This document shows positions 40,801-54,748 of a DNA stretch of 64,000 nucleotides, in pieces. This DNA comes from Camelus ferus. Its lineage: Eukaryota. The stretch lies in NCBI RefSeq assembly GCF_009834535.1, contig NC_045698.1, positions 7,876,001 to 7,940,000 on the forward strand, read 5' to 3'. Position numbers and translations under genes: made by a program. The notes under the pieces are model-generated. The model was not told the DNA's origin. It made no database searches and saw nothing but the letters and a program-made list of their open reading frames with translations. The stretch's first letter is position 1; each line of letters starts with the position of its first letter.

Positions 40801-41419
40801 GTTTCATGGAACATAAATGCCAGGAAGAACTTTGTGAAATTATACTTAGTCCTCTTGGGGGGCATAGAAAGGTCTTCTGAAAGAATTGAAAAATAAATTT
40901 TTTTCCAGACATTTCCTAACAGAAAGGAAAAGAGAAATGCAAAATCCTAAAGACATGGAAAGCTTCCAGGCTATAAGATGTCACAACAAACCAATGAAAG
41001 GTAAAAAGCCTTTTTATGTAAAGAAATAACGTATCAGTAAGAGGAAGGAAAAAATGAAAATACTGGGAAAAAAATGGCTTTCTGAGGCATTATTTAGGAA
41101 AAACACACTTCATTTTGTCCAGTTTTGGGGTAGCCTAAGTGGACTTAAATGTACCAGTCCATTTAATGACATTTTCCATTGCTTTGATGGCCAACTCCAC
41201 AGACTGTGTGTAGTGTTTGTTCTTCATTATAGCCCTCAGGGGTACCAGGGGGCCCAGCACATAGTAAGGACTCCAAAGAACAGATGTTTACAGAATGAAA
41301 CTTTCAGTCAATATAACTAACTCCTCTCATTTGGATTCCCTACCACCAAGTGACTTTCTAATTGAACTGTGGCTTTTTAGTGGCTAACCTGTAGAGAACT
41401 AAAGCGTTGGTATAAGATT

Positions 41420-41875
41420 AGACTTAGGGGGTATCCATGAAAATGCTCCCGCTCAAATCTCTGACAGCAGGAGAATCATTGATCGACATCAATTGTCAGC
41501 TGCTGTGCCCTGAAATCTGTCCCTGTGTTTGCCTTCCTGCAGAGGCCTCCCCTCCCACAGAGGCTCCCAGCCAGCGACTGAGCTCAGCAGCAGTGAGAAG
41601 GCAAGATGTTCCAGGGAAATGTGGGGTTCCTCTGATGGATGACTTGGCTCAAGAACTCTCCAGCGGTCTCACTGAACTTCTTTAGAGTCTAAGACATGTT
41701 CAACCAACCAACTTTCCTTCCTTCCTTCCACTTGAGGGCAGACCTACTTCATGGTTTCATGGCTCCCAGCTCTTCTGGTTCCCTCCCATTTTTCCTCTTA
41801 GGTGTTGCTCCTAATGAATTATTGTGCATGGATTCTAATTCCATCTTGTTGAATGCTTCTCAAGGATTCCTCAGT
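41420..41875 (+). mobile_element. ERVL LTR, LTR16-like
   Basis: ctcccagccagcgactgagc...ctaattccatcttgttgaatgcttctcaagga resembles an LTR16 U5. Boundaries approximate. Confidence 0.55.
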
Positions 41876-41929
41876 GTAAATAAACACTTGTATTCTTAAG
41901 CAGCTTCTCATCTCTGGCTTATAGAATCT

Positions 41930-42160
41930 GGTGAAGTTGGAGGAACCCAGCTGTGGCATCCTGCCACCTGGGACTCCCTCCTCTTACTAGTTGTATCACT
42001 TGGGGCAAGTTACTCTTGCTTTTATGAGTAGCAGCTTCTCGCTCTGTAAAAAGGGATGGGGACTCCCACCCTACTAGGTGATTGGGACAATGCATTAAAC
42101 GGCATGACCATGAAAAAAGCACAGCATCGCGAGGGGCTTTCAGTAGGTGCTGAAACAAGA
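41930..42160 (+). mobile_element. MIR SINE
   Basis: cttactagttgtatcacttggggcaagttact...tctgtaaaaagggatggg...cagtaggtgctgaaaca. Confidence 0.65.
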
Positions 42161-42992
42161 GCTACCTTCCTCCTGATGGGCTTGTAGCCCTAAGGTCAAG
42201 TCTCTTACCAGGTAAGGCCCAGGGCCAGGCCCTAGAGCCTAAGGGATTCAAAGGTGAGCCTTACTTGTGGATGCCTCCTTTGAGGAGGCCTTATTTGGAG
42301 ATTCCAACTTGGGGCCAGCTAGCAAATATCTGGACCATGCTTAATTTTTTTCCCCCCAACATTTCATCAAGGACATCTAGGCCAAACCTCTCCTTTACAG
42401 CCATGGAACTTGAGGCCAAGATAATGTAGCCTAGTTCCCCTCAGGAGAACGGACAACAGGATGTATCAGTGTTAAGGCTCAGATGCAGACCTTCTGATTC
42501 CAAATCAAAGACCATCTCACAGATACTAAATAATTAGTATTTAAGATGAACAGGTACAGAGATTTTCTAAGAACCCTCTTTGATTGTTAAATCAAGTTAT
42601 CGACTGCATGAAAGTACAAGAATTTGATACAGTTAACTATGTAAACCCTAATTCAAGAACAGATTCATTAATTGGGTTTTATAATTCTTATGTTGCTATA
42701 ATAAAAAAATTTTTGAAGTTCCATTGGTGACTACCTTTCCTCGGAGGTAAGAAAAGGTCAGCGTGTGGCATATTTTTATGATTACTTCCACTTCAAAACT
42801 GAGGCAAAAAGCTAACATTAGCTATTTTGGTGGGGGTGGGGCTAGGGAATAAGTGTGATTTTGGTTTTATTGTACAATAAATCAAAATATGATTCATACT
42901 GGTCAACATAACCTTGCTAGAAGAATGTTTTAATTTATTAAAAATTATTTTCCAAAGTGAGAACAGACCGTGAAAGCCAACTATGATCGTAC

Positions 42993-43369
42993 TATTATGG
43001 GCTGAATTATGTCCCTCCCAAACTCCTCTGTTAGGTCCTGACCCCCAGTGCCTCAGAACGCCACTGTGCTTAGAAATAGTCTTTAAAGAGTAATTAAGAT
43101 AAAATGAGGTCTTTAGCATGAGCCCTTATCTAACATGACTGGTGTCTTTAAAGGAGAGGAGATTAGGACTCGGATGCACAGAGAGGAGACCAAGTGGGGA
43201 AATGGTGAGAACATGGCTATCTGCAGGTCAAGGACAGAGGCCTCTGAGAACCAGCACTGCTGACATCTTGACCTCAGACTTCCACCTTCCAGAACTGTTA
43301 GACAGTAAGCGTCTGTTTTAGCCATCCAGTCTGTGGTGTTTTGTTACAACAGCCTAAGTAAACGAATCA
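42993..43369 (+). mobile_element. MaLR solo LTR, MLT1B-like
   Basis: tattatgggctgaattatgtccc...aaaatgaggtc...cagacttccaccttccagaactgt...ttgttacaacagcctaagtaaac. Confidence 0.82.
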
Positions 43370-44521
43370 TATAAATCACTATCTCCTTCTGATTCGGCAC
43401 GAGAAAGTGAGCTAGAAGCTTGGGATGCACTTAGGGAGGCTGGAGCCCTCGTCACCAATGGAGCTGCTGGTGGGCAGCCCAACCATTCTCTCTGATGGGG
43501 CTCTGAGACCCCCTACTCCTTCTTCCCCCCCTGGATTCTGTTCCCTTCCTTCAAAGAGGACCATCACTGCTGAGTCATACTCAAGAAAACCATTCACTTT
43601 TCATCCATAATAAATACACTGACCAGGACTGGAGAATGGTTCAGGTGGGGAGCATCCCCCTGCTTTGGGAGCAGGTGTGGGAAGATGGTGCGTGAGCGGG
43701 GTGAGTGGTGTCGTGTCTGTTCACAGCATCCACCTAGACTAGGTCCTTCCCTTTTCGGTACCTGGGTAAGAGTACTCAACTCAGCTGCAACGCAAGCCTG
43801 GGATAAATCGAAAGCTCATTAAATAAGTCTTAAAATATTTTTCAAAACATATCCTGTTTATTAGATGCATAATATTGGCACCCAACTGAACCTAACATAA
43901 AAATAGTAACTCCTCTTCTTTCCTGTGTCCAGTGCAAGAGTAAACCAGATAAAACAGATATCCTAGGAGCCCTCTGGCCAGACTGTGATTATCACTAGTA
44001 CTCCTTTTTGATGGGGTTTTCTCAAGGTCACTCCAGAATTAGTGGCACCACGGGACCAAGCGCTCATCCATTAAATGGGTTAAAATGACTAATTGAGGGT
44101 CTGAGTTTAATTATGCTCATAAGCAAAGGCACACAGCAGCTCCTTGGACAGCCTTAACAATATTCTCACGTACACAAAATAGATGGATAAAATTAGGGTT
44201 GTACATTGTTGTCCTTCAGGACAAGATGCTGAAGAGGGAACAGAATAATAAAAATAAATAAATGACTCCGCAGCACCAGGAAATGAGCAGTGGATGTTAC
44301 CAAAGCCAGCCTTATGCAAATACTTCAGTCGGAAATCAACTCCAACGTACTCATGACTAAATGAAACACAGCCATGCAGTGAGGCCGACTGGAGTTGTAC
44401 TGAGCTGGCAGATTAAAAAGCAAAAAAGGGTACCTACCCATCAAGGTTTTATCTACAGTTCACATTGAAATGCTGATAATGGCCACAAAGGGATCTTGAG
44501 GACATTGATTTGTGATACTTT

Positions 44522-44640
44522 TTTTTGGGGGGGGGGGCAGTTAGATTCATTTATTTATTTTACTGGAGGTACTGGGGATTGAACCCAGGACCTCGTGCAT
44601 GCCAAGCACGTGCTCTGCCACTGAGCTACACCCTTCCCTC
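44522..44640 (-). mobile_element. tRNA-derived camelid SINE (Vic-1-like) with 17-bp TSD
   Basis: Reverse strand: GGGTGTAGCTCAGTGGCAGAGC (A box)...GGTTCAATCCCCAGTACCTCC (B box), AATAAA-rich, C-run and A tail. TSD ttgatttgtgatacttt (44505-44521) / ttgatctgtgatacttt (44641-44657). Confidence 0.88.
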
Positions 44641-45249
44641 TTGATCTGTGATACTTTAAATGGGAAAACACAGTCATGTCTCACACGAAATCCAGAAAGC
44701 ATTCATTCTGTACACAGTGGCGGGGGCCAACTCCTTTCAGTGAGACTTAAATCATGTCATGTGCTCTGCTCGAGACCCTAGGATGACTTCTGGCTGTCCA
44801 TGGTATCCAGCAAATTCATATCCCACAAATCCTCACAACTTTCAGAAGCGAGTTCAGAGTCAGGAGGGAAGGGAGGTCAGCTCATAAACGGGCAGAAAAC
44901 ACGAGCGTGGAATCCAACGTGGGGAGATGTTTATTTGACAGCCACCCAGTCAGAGCGGTTGGATTTGAACTTCCTTGGCTAGGCAGCCTCACCTGGGCTG
45001 GCAGTCACTCTCGCTCCAGGGGACGGGCTGCCTTGTACCTACGGAGGGGCCCGGCCTCGTGCTTAGAGAAAAACGGCTTTCTGTCTGGGTCTTCTGTTCG
45101 GTGTGTGGCCACTGTGTGGGGACAGGCTGCTTCTCTGAGTTATTCAGCCGTTTCTTCTCCCTGGGCTGTGTCCCCTGGTGGCTCCTCCGTTTGGCAGGGC
45201 TCTCTGGGCTCCTGACTACGGTGGCTGTCCCAGGTTCCCAGGGAGGCCA

Positions 45250-45653
45250 GAAAACAACATGATACTATTCTTTCATAGCTCTGGAGGTCAGGAGCCCCAA
45301 ATCAAAGTGTCAGCAGGGCCATGTTCCCTCTGCAGGCTCTGGGGAGGAACCCCCCTCTGCCTCTCCCTAACTTCCGGTGGATGCCGGCAGCCCTAGTCAC
45401 TCCTGGGCTCACGGCGGCATCACTCCAGCCTCCGCCTGTCTTCACAGGACCTTCCTCCCCGTGTGTCTCTCTGTGTACCTCCTCTTCTCATAAAGATGCA
45501 CTCATTAGATTCAGGGGCTACCCTAATTCAGTGTGACCTCATCGCAACTTAACTAATTACACCTGTGAAGACCCTGTTTCCAAACAGGGTCACATTCTGA
45601 GGTTCCTGGTTGACACAGACTTTGGAGGGGGGGCCCTTATTCAGCCTCCTGCA
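45250..45653 (-). mobile_element. MaLR solo LTR, MLT1C-like
   Basis: tctggaggtcaggagccccaaatcaaagtgtcagcagggcc...gaagaccctgtttccaaacagggtcacattctgagg. Confidence 0.8.
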
Positions 45654-46398
45654 GGGCCCTCAGCCACAATGAGCTTGTCCACAGGCTGAGTCCGTCCCAC
45701 CTTCCCTAGGGAGCCTCCAGGCTGGGGCTGGTCAACCCACGTTTTGACTGAAGGTGATGATTATTCCAGCCACAGGTTCCAGGAAGGTATCTGATTACAC
45801 GTGGTGCAATGAAACGATCGCAGGTACACAACGGGGTCCATTTCAAGGGCTAAATCGCTTCACTGAGGCCAGAGGAAAGTGGTCTCCCTGGAGGGATCCT
45901 TCATTGTAGAGGAGAAATGACCAGCACAATCACTTCATGCATAATTGCATCCTAAGCCGTTCTAACAGTTTCCAATTTTTATTTTAGGCCATATGTGTAA
46001 ATTTTTAATTAAAAATTAAAGCTTTAATTGAGCTGAATTGGAACAAAAGACAAAATTAGAAAAGGGGGAGAAAGGAGGAGGAAGGTGAACATCAGTGTGT
46101 GTTGAGGGTGGGAATGGAGGGGGCAGGGGAGGACGGGTGCAGAGACAAAGCCCACCCCTGCTAATCACCCCCACTGGCAACTCCCACCGTCCCCGCCGGC
46201 CACGGCCTCCTGGAGTTCCGCAGTCCAGCTGTCATGGTTCTCATCCGCTCATTCCTCCAACAAAATTTGAGATCTTTTTTTTTTTTTCATTTCTATTCTC
46301 TTTTCTCAGTGATGGACAGATATTTCAGGAATAGGTCAACTCTTGAAAAATTTCATTTCCTATCCCCAAAATGAATTTTAAATGGAAAAGGACTAAGG

Positions 46399-46564
46399 AA
46401 CTGACTGTACTTCAATTAAAAAAAAATCTGAACAAGTATATACATATATGAAACTGAATCACTTTGCTGTACATCAGAAACTAACACAACATCATAAATT
46501 AACTATACTTCAATAAAAAATGAAAATAAAGTTTCTTTCTAGTTGAAAAGAAAGAAAGAAATAG
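46399..46564 (+). mobile_element. Composite L1 3'-end insertion with 11-bp TSD
   Basis: TSD AAGGACTAAGG at 46388-46398 and 46565-46575; two successive ...tacttcaat(t)aaaaaa termini. Confidence 0.75.
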
Positions 46565-48009
46565 AAGGACTAAGGGTATTAACTTTTCATTTTATATTTT
46601 ACGTGTGCTTAAGTTTTTGCTACGTCAACAGGACATGCCAACTTCCTATGGAGATTCACCATCCCTTTTCAAAGAAGGTGAAGCCAAGAGGCTCTTCTCT
46701 TTAGCTCATGCCCCGTGAGCTTCAGGATGGTGGCACAAACACCACCATCGATATTGGTATACTGTATACGGCCAAAGGGAAGGCTCAAGAAACTGGACAG
46801 AGTCTTTTAAGACTGCTGAAATTGTCAGAAGTTTGAACAGTGTGAGTGTTGTAGGTTTTAGCTTACTAAGGCATAGGCCTTTTTTTCCTAACTTAAATTT
46901 CTCTCTAACAAGCTTTTGAATATTTAAGAGCAGTACAATTTGCATTTATAATCATTTTTTCTTTCTGAAAAATAAAAGGTGTACTTTTTCAGAATAGTAA
47001 TTGCTTAAATTCTTAATCTCGGCCTCCTTCCCTGAAATGACATAAACAAGTTTGAATTCTGTGAAGAACAAAAATTAAGAATAATGATCTCCGATAATGA
47101 TCTGATAATTTACTTTTATCTATTATAAGCTCCTACTGGAGTTATAAGCTACCCTAGGCTAGGAAATACTATCCCAGGAAAAGAGTTTTATTTTCTTTTT
47201 CATTTCATTTTCCTCATATACTCTTGAAACTGTAGCTATAGAAACAAGCCAAAAATATTAACTCATTTAAAATCATCAGTAAAAGAATGGAGGAATCTAA
47301 AGACTGGAAAAATAATGTCAACTCAACTATCTAGGACATGTCTTAAAATGTAGTCTTACTCTTTAAAAAACAGCCACTCATCGTTCTGTTTAAATTCAAC
47401 AGGGAAGTAGAGAGAAAGGATTCACATGGGGTTACGTGGCTAACTGTCCAGGTCCCCTGCCATCCACACTTTTTGTTTTGGAAAGAGGAGAAGAGAAAGT
47501 AAGAAATAAGAGGGAGGGAGAACACAGCTGGCAATTAAGGGCAAAAGGGATGTTGGCTAAGTAGCTGCTACTCAGCACATGTCGAGAAGCAAATTAAAAG
47601 AACCAACACAAAGAACATGCTGTGCATTTGCTGGTCGGGTGGTTGTCTGTGTTGTTCTACGTACAGATCTGTCAGTCTCATCTCACACAACGTTGTATTT
47701 CCCCTGCGTGTGGTGCAGTGGGGATGGTCTGGAGCCGGAGTCAGGATGGGGGTGAAAATCCTGGCTTCACGACTTACTACGCATGAGCGATTGAACTTAT
47801 AATAAATACGAGAATAAATGATGTATTTGGAGCAGAACTTCCTTGCCTTGGAAGTCAGGGATTTTATGAATAAAAATACTCACTTTAATCCTACAGAAAA
47901 AGTCATGTCTCTGTTGACAATGTATAAAATAATTTAATAAATATCTACTATGTTGCTGGGTCATAACTTGGAATGATTGAACAAATAAACTGTCCCTCCC
48001 ACCCTACAT

Positions 48010-48068
48010 AAACACACACACACACACCTCCACACTCACACACACACCCCCACACACCCACACACACA
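48010..48068. repeat. Imperfect (CA)n microsatellite
   Basis: Read directly; a similar tract lies at 48684-48727. Confidence 0.9.
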
Positions 48069-51000
48069 GCTTCCTTCTTCCATTTCTCTGCAATTCTTGA
48101 GAAAGGAGACTTCGTATTCCAACTCAGTATCAGGAATAACATCACCTGAGGACAGATCCTCAATCCAAAGTAACGCACATCACATGTGAAATGTATTGAA
48201 TAGTGACCTCACGCTACCTTGGTACTTGTATTTTTTTTAAACTTCAAAGTATTGTTTGATAATGAATGGTCACAAGAAAAAATAATCTCAAAACAAATTT
48301 AGAACATGTATAATTATGGCAAGGACTGAATTACATTCAGCTCCTAACAAAGGCTGTGGAGAATTTCTATAAGTCGAAGTATGTAAAGGGAAATAATTAA
48401 AAAGAACGTGAATACAACAGGATGGTCCTCAACAATAACACCTTGCTTTTCAAAATGTTTCCCTAATAAAGATCTGAAAAAGGAAGGGAAGTTGAGTAGT
48501 AAGAAATATTTTGTAAATATTTTATTATTTTTTAAAAAATACTAATTTTCTTTGCCTTGACACAGCAGAATATCCAGAAATCACACCAAGGGAACTGAAC
48601 TGCTTGCCCGTTTTGACACTGAACCTGGCGTATATCTAACGAGTCATAATTCTCTCCAGAGTTTTGTGTTGAATTCCTTAAGCACACACACACATAGACA
48701 CACACACGGCACACACACACACACACAGGGCACACTTTGTAGATCAAGTGTAACTTACTGTTTTCTTTTACCAGATAAACAAGGAAGGTCCTAAGTCACA
48801 CGCTTATGTTTTAGCCTGATTTTATGGAATATGGTAGCGGTGGTTACGACACATTGGAAAAGATTTATAACACGCAACGGTGGCATTTTTATATAAATTA
48901 GGTGACTTTCAAGAGTAAAAAGATAGGCAGACACTGGGAGGAAATGTCTAACGGTGGTTTATCTCGGGGGGGGGCGGGGACTGTGGGTGACTGTTAATCA
49001 TTATGTTATGTTTTCGGTTATTTGGAGTAGTCAGCAATGAACACGTGTTGCTTGTAAAATTAGTAAGAAAACAATAAATTTCTTTAACAGTGAAAAAAGA
49101 GATTAAAGCTATAAATGAATAGACCAGATCAAGGTATGTAAATGTTATATAAACTCACTATATAATCTTCTTGTACAAATTCATTGTCTCATTTTTTATA
49201 TAAAACATAAATTTAGTACATAAAAATGACTAGAGGAATAATTGCTGTGATTTTATTTTCTGCTTTAAGAAGCGCCAAAGAACCGAATTCTTTGTAAATA
49301 TTGTGATAGAAAAAAAAAGTTCTTTGCAAAGATAGAAGCCCAGTTCTGTTTTCTACATTGAGATGATCTGCCTATTAAGCTACATTTTAAGGATTATATT
49401 CAAATCATTTCTGCAGTTCCAGGGGACTTTGGCTGGCTCTACTGCATTATCCACAACTTAGCATGGTTATGTGTGTCCGATATCCTCTTGGTTTTCTGAA
49501 TTTGATTTATTAAACCTCAGTTACATACGAATAATGATTGGTGCCATAAAACTTCTCCAAACAATTTGGTAAGATACTGAAACTATCATTTTAATAAGAA
49601 TTGGATGACTGGAAAGACGAAAAAGTTTCAAGATGAAAAGCAGAATGAACACGTCAATAGTTAAGGAAATCGTTCCCAGAGCCACCAATCAGTGATGGTT
49701 ACATTTAATCGAATGGAACTAAGTGCTGATATTTTACTGTTGTCTACAGGAGGCACCTTACGAATGAAGCCTGCGGGGCAGCCCAGAAATTCACAGCTCC
49801 ACCCTTATTGTCACCGACCCCTTCCCACCTGCCTCCACTCTGTCCTGTACACTTGCTCCCCGACAGAGCTGATCACTGTGTTCTCTTGGTCAAAGCTTCT
49901 CCATCGCTCCCTACTCCATACAGACAGACTCCAGTCTATTGTTCTTAGTTCTGCTTTGGAGGCCCTTCATCACCTGAAATGGCACAACTAAGCAAGCGGT
50001 ATCTCCTAAAGTCTCCTAGGTTTGTTGACTGACTACAGATCCTGGAGTTCTCTCATGTGCGTCAGAGCCTGCCCACCACTCCTTCCGGCCTTAACGCCCA
50101 TCCAACGCATTGAATGGTGAAGCCCTTTCTTTGCTGAGCCCCAGTCCCACCTGGCTCTTGAAGCCTTTTGTGACCACACTGGCTGAGTTAGCCACTAGCT
50201 CTTCCCAGTCCTTCCTTCTATGCTATCCCAGTCGTAGCTTTGTATTATACTGAAATACAATGCTAGGGCCATTGTCCTGCACTGGTTTAGGAGTTTCTGA
50301 AGGGCAGGAGAGGCTGCATGTTTATTCCCGCCGCCCTGATCCTTCCCTGGCACACAGCAGGCAATTAACAAATGCTCACGGACGAAACTGCTGAAAGGCA
50401 GGGACAGCAGGCAAAGTAAGTTCTTTAATGTAAATAAAGATCTAGGCTTTGCTGGAAAAAATTGAGAATGTAAATAAACTTACACACTGAAATCTAAATT
50501 TTCCATCATTGTATAAACATGTACGACTCTTTGGGGGAGTTTCCAACATTGGGCCTAAGTAAATGGTAACAGGAGAAATTTTCTGAAACCGTTCACCTGC
50601 TGAGTCTTTATTGAGAAATTAATTTAAGCCCCTTCCCAGGGTTGTTTTCTTCCTCTGTTAGTCCAACTGTTCATTAATGTGGAGTGATTCACGAACACAT
50701 TCAAATAAGTGAGAAAAAACTATATTTTTTCCATAAGAAGGGCAAGAGTTTAATGGATTAAGAGGGAAGTGAAATATTCACCATATATTGATGAATCTTG
50801 CTTTGTGACATAACAAACTCAGAAAAGCGGGAAAACCCTAAACCTGATTTCATCTGGACTAAGAAAAGCTGATGAGGCTACATGAAACTCTAAATCAGAT
50901 GCCCCTTTCTCCTTCCTATGATGTGGTCCATCCTGGCCAGCAGCCGAAGCAGCTCGGGTCCAGTCTCCGTGTGTGTGAACTTAGCCAGACGACCCACAAA

Positions 51001-52550
51001 GGGAACCTGGGAACCTACAGCGGTCTAGTTTCTTCACCTGACTTTTCATCAGATGAAGCTGAATGCTCGTGACATCAGTGCCCTACATCCTTAAGTCAAA
51101 CATCATGAATATACAACTATGTTCCTATATTACTCAGAGAGAATTTCAGTTGATGGGACTAAACAGATCTTTACTGACTATACGCCTACAATGGGCACCT
51201 CCTTCCATGATCTCCATTAGGAATGATTCTTTACCAGCCAAGGATGCCAAGAAAGGAACCATATGTAATAGTTGCAAGTAAATGAAATAGAAAAACCAGG
51301 TAAAAAGGGTCAGAAGTGTCTGTAGTTTTAGCTTTGGAAGAGTGATATTTCTTCTGGAGGGGCAGGCGGTTTCTGAAGGATAATAGAATTTAAGAGGTTA
51401 TAAAATGGACGTCTCAATAGGGCTTTTGGAGAACCGTAAATCTGGCTTATGGCGGAGCCTATCCAGAGAAATCGTGCCTAAAGATCATTATTTCATGACC
51501 TTGAGGAAAAGCAAAATTGTCAGAGGGTTTCTCATTCCTGCCCACGAATGCACGTCGATATTTACGGAGGCCAACTTGCTCTGTCTCCCTTTGTGCATTC
51601 ACATGCACACAAACACACATGCCCCTCTCAAGACGGGAGGCTGAGAGCGCTGTTATAAATATTCATGAGATAATTATTATTAATGTCACCGAGGTGATTC
51701 TGTTCCTTCTCAGTGGAGACTGGTTCCTCCACCTAGAAACTGATCAACTGTAAGAGGAACGGCAGCTTTGAGGCAGCCCAGATAAAGCAATCTCGTACGT
51801 TTTCCTTTTGATACATAGGTTATTTGAATAGGTATTTTAAATCACCCCCATTCCATCATTAAGTTAACCGGCAGAGATTTCCACCTCTGTTGGAATATGC
51901 AACATTCTTGGGAGCACAGTTTCCAGAGTTTGGAGACAGAAGTATACCTTGATTATTACATTCTTTTCTAAGAGGAAAAATTAAAGAAAACATCCAAAAC
52001 ATCTCAAGAGACTTCTGGGTGATGAGTTTTGTAAAAATGCACTGGGAGATAATTACAACACATTCGCTACTTTTATTATTTAAAAAAGACATTTCACACC
52101 ATGGGCCTTATTAAAGAGCTGTTTTTGAGAATTACAGGCTCTTGCAGTCACATAGAAAAATAAGAAAAACCGAAATATAAAAATAGCTACTGGTGACAGT
52201 TAATTTGATCTCTAGGTGTTTGTCATAGACTCTCTTCCCATCTGTGGGTCTGCCTGGTTATTCTATATGCATAATATATCATAACAAGGGAAATTACTGT
52301 GAACTATTATTTTCCATCAAAGAAAACTCATTATTTTTGGTTGGAATAAAAATGTTTATTTTTGGCCCAAGACCTAAGCGGACGTGTTAAATAAGTCAGG
52401 ACACTGGAAGATGCATATACCTTTTCAGCACCTCATTAGAAATGATTTTTGCTAGCTTCCTGCAATCCATTGCCATATCAGTATTCATCTTTCCAGAACA
52501 CTCTGGTGATTAGCAAAACAGCCATTAAAGTCACAGAAGCAGAAAGCGTG

Positions 52551-52558
52551 TGACGTCA
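52551..52558. promoter_or_regulatory. Perfect palindromic CRE motif (TGACGTCA), function untested
   Basis: Exact motif about 30 nt into the intron after the 52588 donor. Confidence 0.3.
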
Positions 52559-52586
52559 GAAGGAGGTGGCAACGACGCGGGACTCA

Positions 52587-52823
<237 letters not shown>

Positions 52824-54021
52824 TCAACACCGTCTCCCCTGGTCAAGTTAACAGCACAGGCAGGAAGGACTAAGAGAGCCTCTGCACACGTCTGAGAGCG
52901 TGCTTTCCATTTCAGAACATCTGTGTGAACCCATTACAGAAGTGCTGTGAAACTCCGACAAGGAGGCAGAAGAACCGTGACACGATTATCTCTGTTCCAC
53001 TGAGGAGAGTAACCAAGGTTGACAGCGCTGATTGAACTGAGGATACCAACCAGGCTTCCACCCACAATTGGCACGATACACCCAAGTACCCAAATTCTAA
53101 CCAAGACCAAAGAGTTGTGAAAGCTATCTGAAATGGACTAGTAAGACATCTTTGTTTTATCCAAGTCCTCAGTATGCACCTGTGGTCTATTTATTCGCTT
53201 AGCTTCCATGTAGAACCAGCCACCATTGAGCAGGACCTTACAAGAACCCAGGATCAGCTCCGATGATAGTGAGCTCTACAAGAAACTTAAATTTACTGTC
53301 CCTTGTGACAATTCTGTTTGCTTTTCTCTGAAAACAATGCTCATGGATGACCTATCATTTGTTCCTCCTCATACAACAACACACAGAGCAGTAGAAAGTG
53401 GAGGGCATGTCAACAAATGACAAAGAGACTTTAAAAAACTTTAGAAAAGCCTTAAATATTACACACATGTTATAGTATCATTTGAATATGCTTCTAAAAT
53501 AATTATTCTTTTTGTTGTTCAAAATAGTACACATAAATTTAAGAAAAAACAAAGAATAATATTCTCTTTTCTTATGAAAGAAAGACTATATTTCCCCCTA
53601 AGACTAACCTAAAGAGACCTCATCATGCAGATACTGGGAATAAAAAATCATAGTTGTCTTTAGAAACACAACACAACTTTCAGCTTACTTATTTAATACG
53701 CTTTCAATAAATTTTAAAATGAGATTGTGTTTCCTCCATCATGGTATGAGTAAACAGAACTCACTTATTTCTGAAATTTATTAGTTTCTTGCAATGCACC
53801 TGTTGAACTATCCAAGAGCATTAACAATAGTCTGAAAGTCAATAATATTGATTGTTACTAACTAAAATGACAGCTTAAAATCAGTTCTATAAAAATGTGA
53901 CTATAGAGACAAACTCTTCAGAATGCCTTTCAAAATAACATTTGCTGGGAATCTTATTTAGGTAAATGCAAAGGAAACAAAATGCTTTTGGTACCCAGAA
54001 TGTATAATCAATCCTTCAGTG

Positions 54022-54216
54022 TAGGGGGTTGCCTTGAGGGCAAATCCTGCTAGCCTGTTTTTGTAAATAAAGTTTTATTGGAACACAGCCCTGCCTGTTC
54101 GTTTACACTGTCTAACTCTGCTTTCGTCCTATGAGACAAAAGCTGAGATTTTGTAGCAGAGACAGCCTAAACAATGTACTATCTGGCCTTTTACAGAAAA
54201 ATTTTGCCTACCTCTG
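54022..54216. mobile_element. MER58A-like MITE
   Basis: gcctgtttttgtaaataaagttttattggaacacagcc...tactatctggccttttacagaaaaattttgcc. Confidence 0.82.
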
Positions 54217-54635
54217 CCTTAGCAAGTGGACCATTTCCTATGCATTTCTGTGTGCATGTTTGCATTGTCATTAGTGTCCTAAATTGAGCATACCAAAAAT
54301 GCTCATTGGAACACAGAAATGTTCATCTGCTCAAAATATGTACTGACTCGGACAGATGTGAAATGGTAGGAAGACCTTCACATGCATTTATTTTGATTTA
54401 AATAATATATGAAGCTGTTTATTCAACCCATTAAGAAATGTCTTACTGAATTCTGCATAATCAAAATAATCAAAATGAATATTTTGATTCATTTGTAGTC
54501 TCACAACGATATTCTTTTTTTCTAGTAAAATCATTAGTTTCAGTTTTAAAAAAAAGCACATTAAAATGAAATTACTATCTACCCTTGTATTTGAGGATAA
54601 CTTTTTAAAATATCACATTAAAGGGTTTGTGTCTG

Positions 54636-54748
54636 TTTTTTAAATTGAAATATAGTTGATTTACAACATTGGATTAGTTTATGGTGTACAGCAAAGTGAT
54701 TCAGTTGCATTTATATATTTTTTCAGATTATTTTCCATTATAGGCTAT
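54636..54748 (-). mobile_element. Short L1 3' end
   Basis: tttttaaattgaaatatagttgatttacaac...gtgtacagcaaagtgattcagtt...ttccattatagg. Confidence 0.78.

Noticed and set aside
44540..44640. tRNA gene
   Set aside because: It has A/B boxes, but also a SINE tail and a 17-bp TSD; it is a tRNA-derived SINE.
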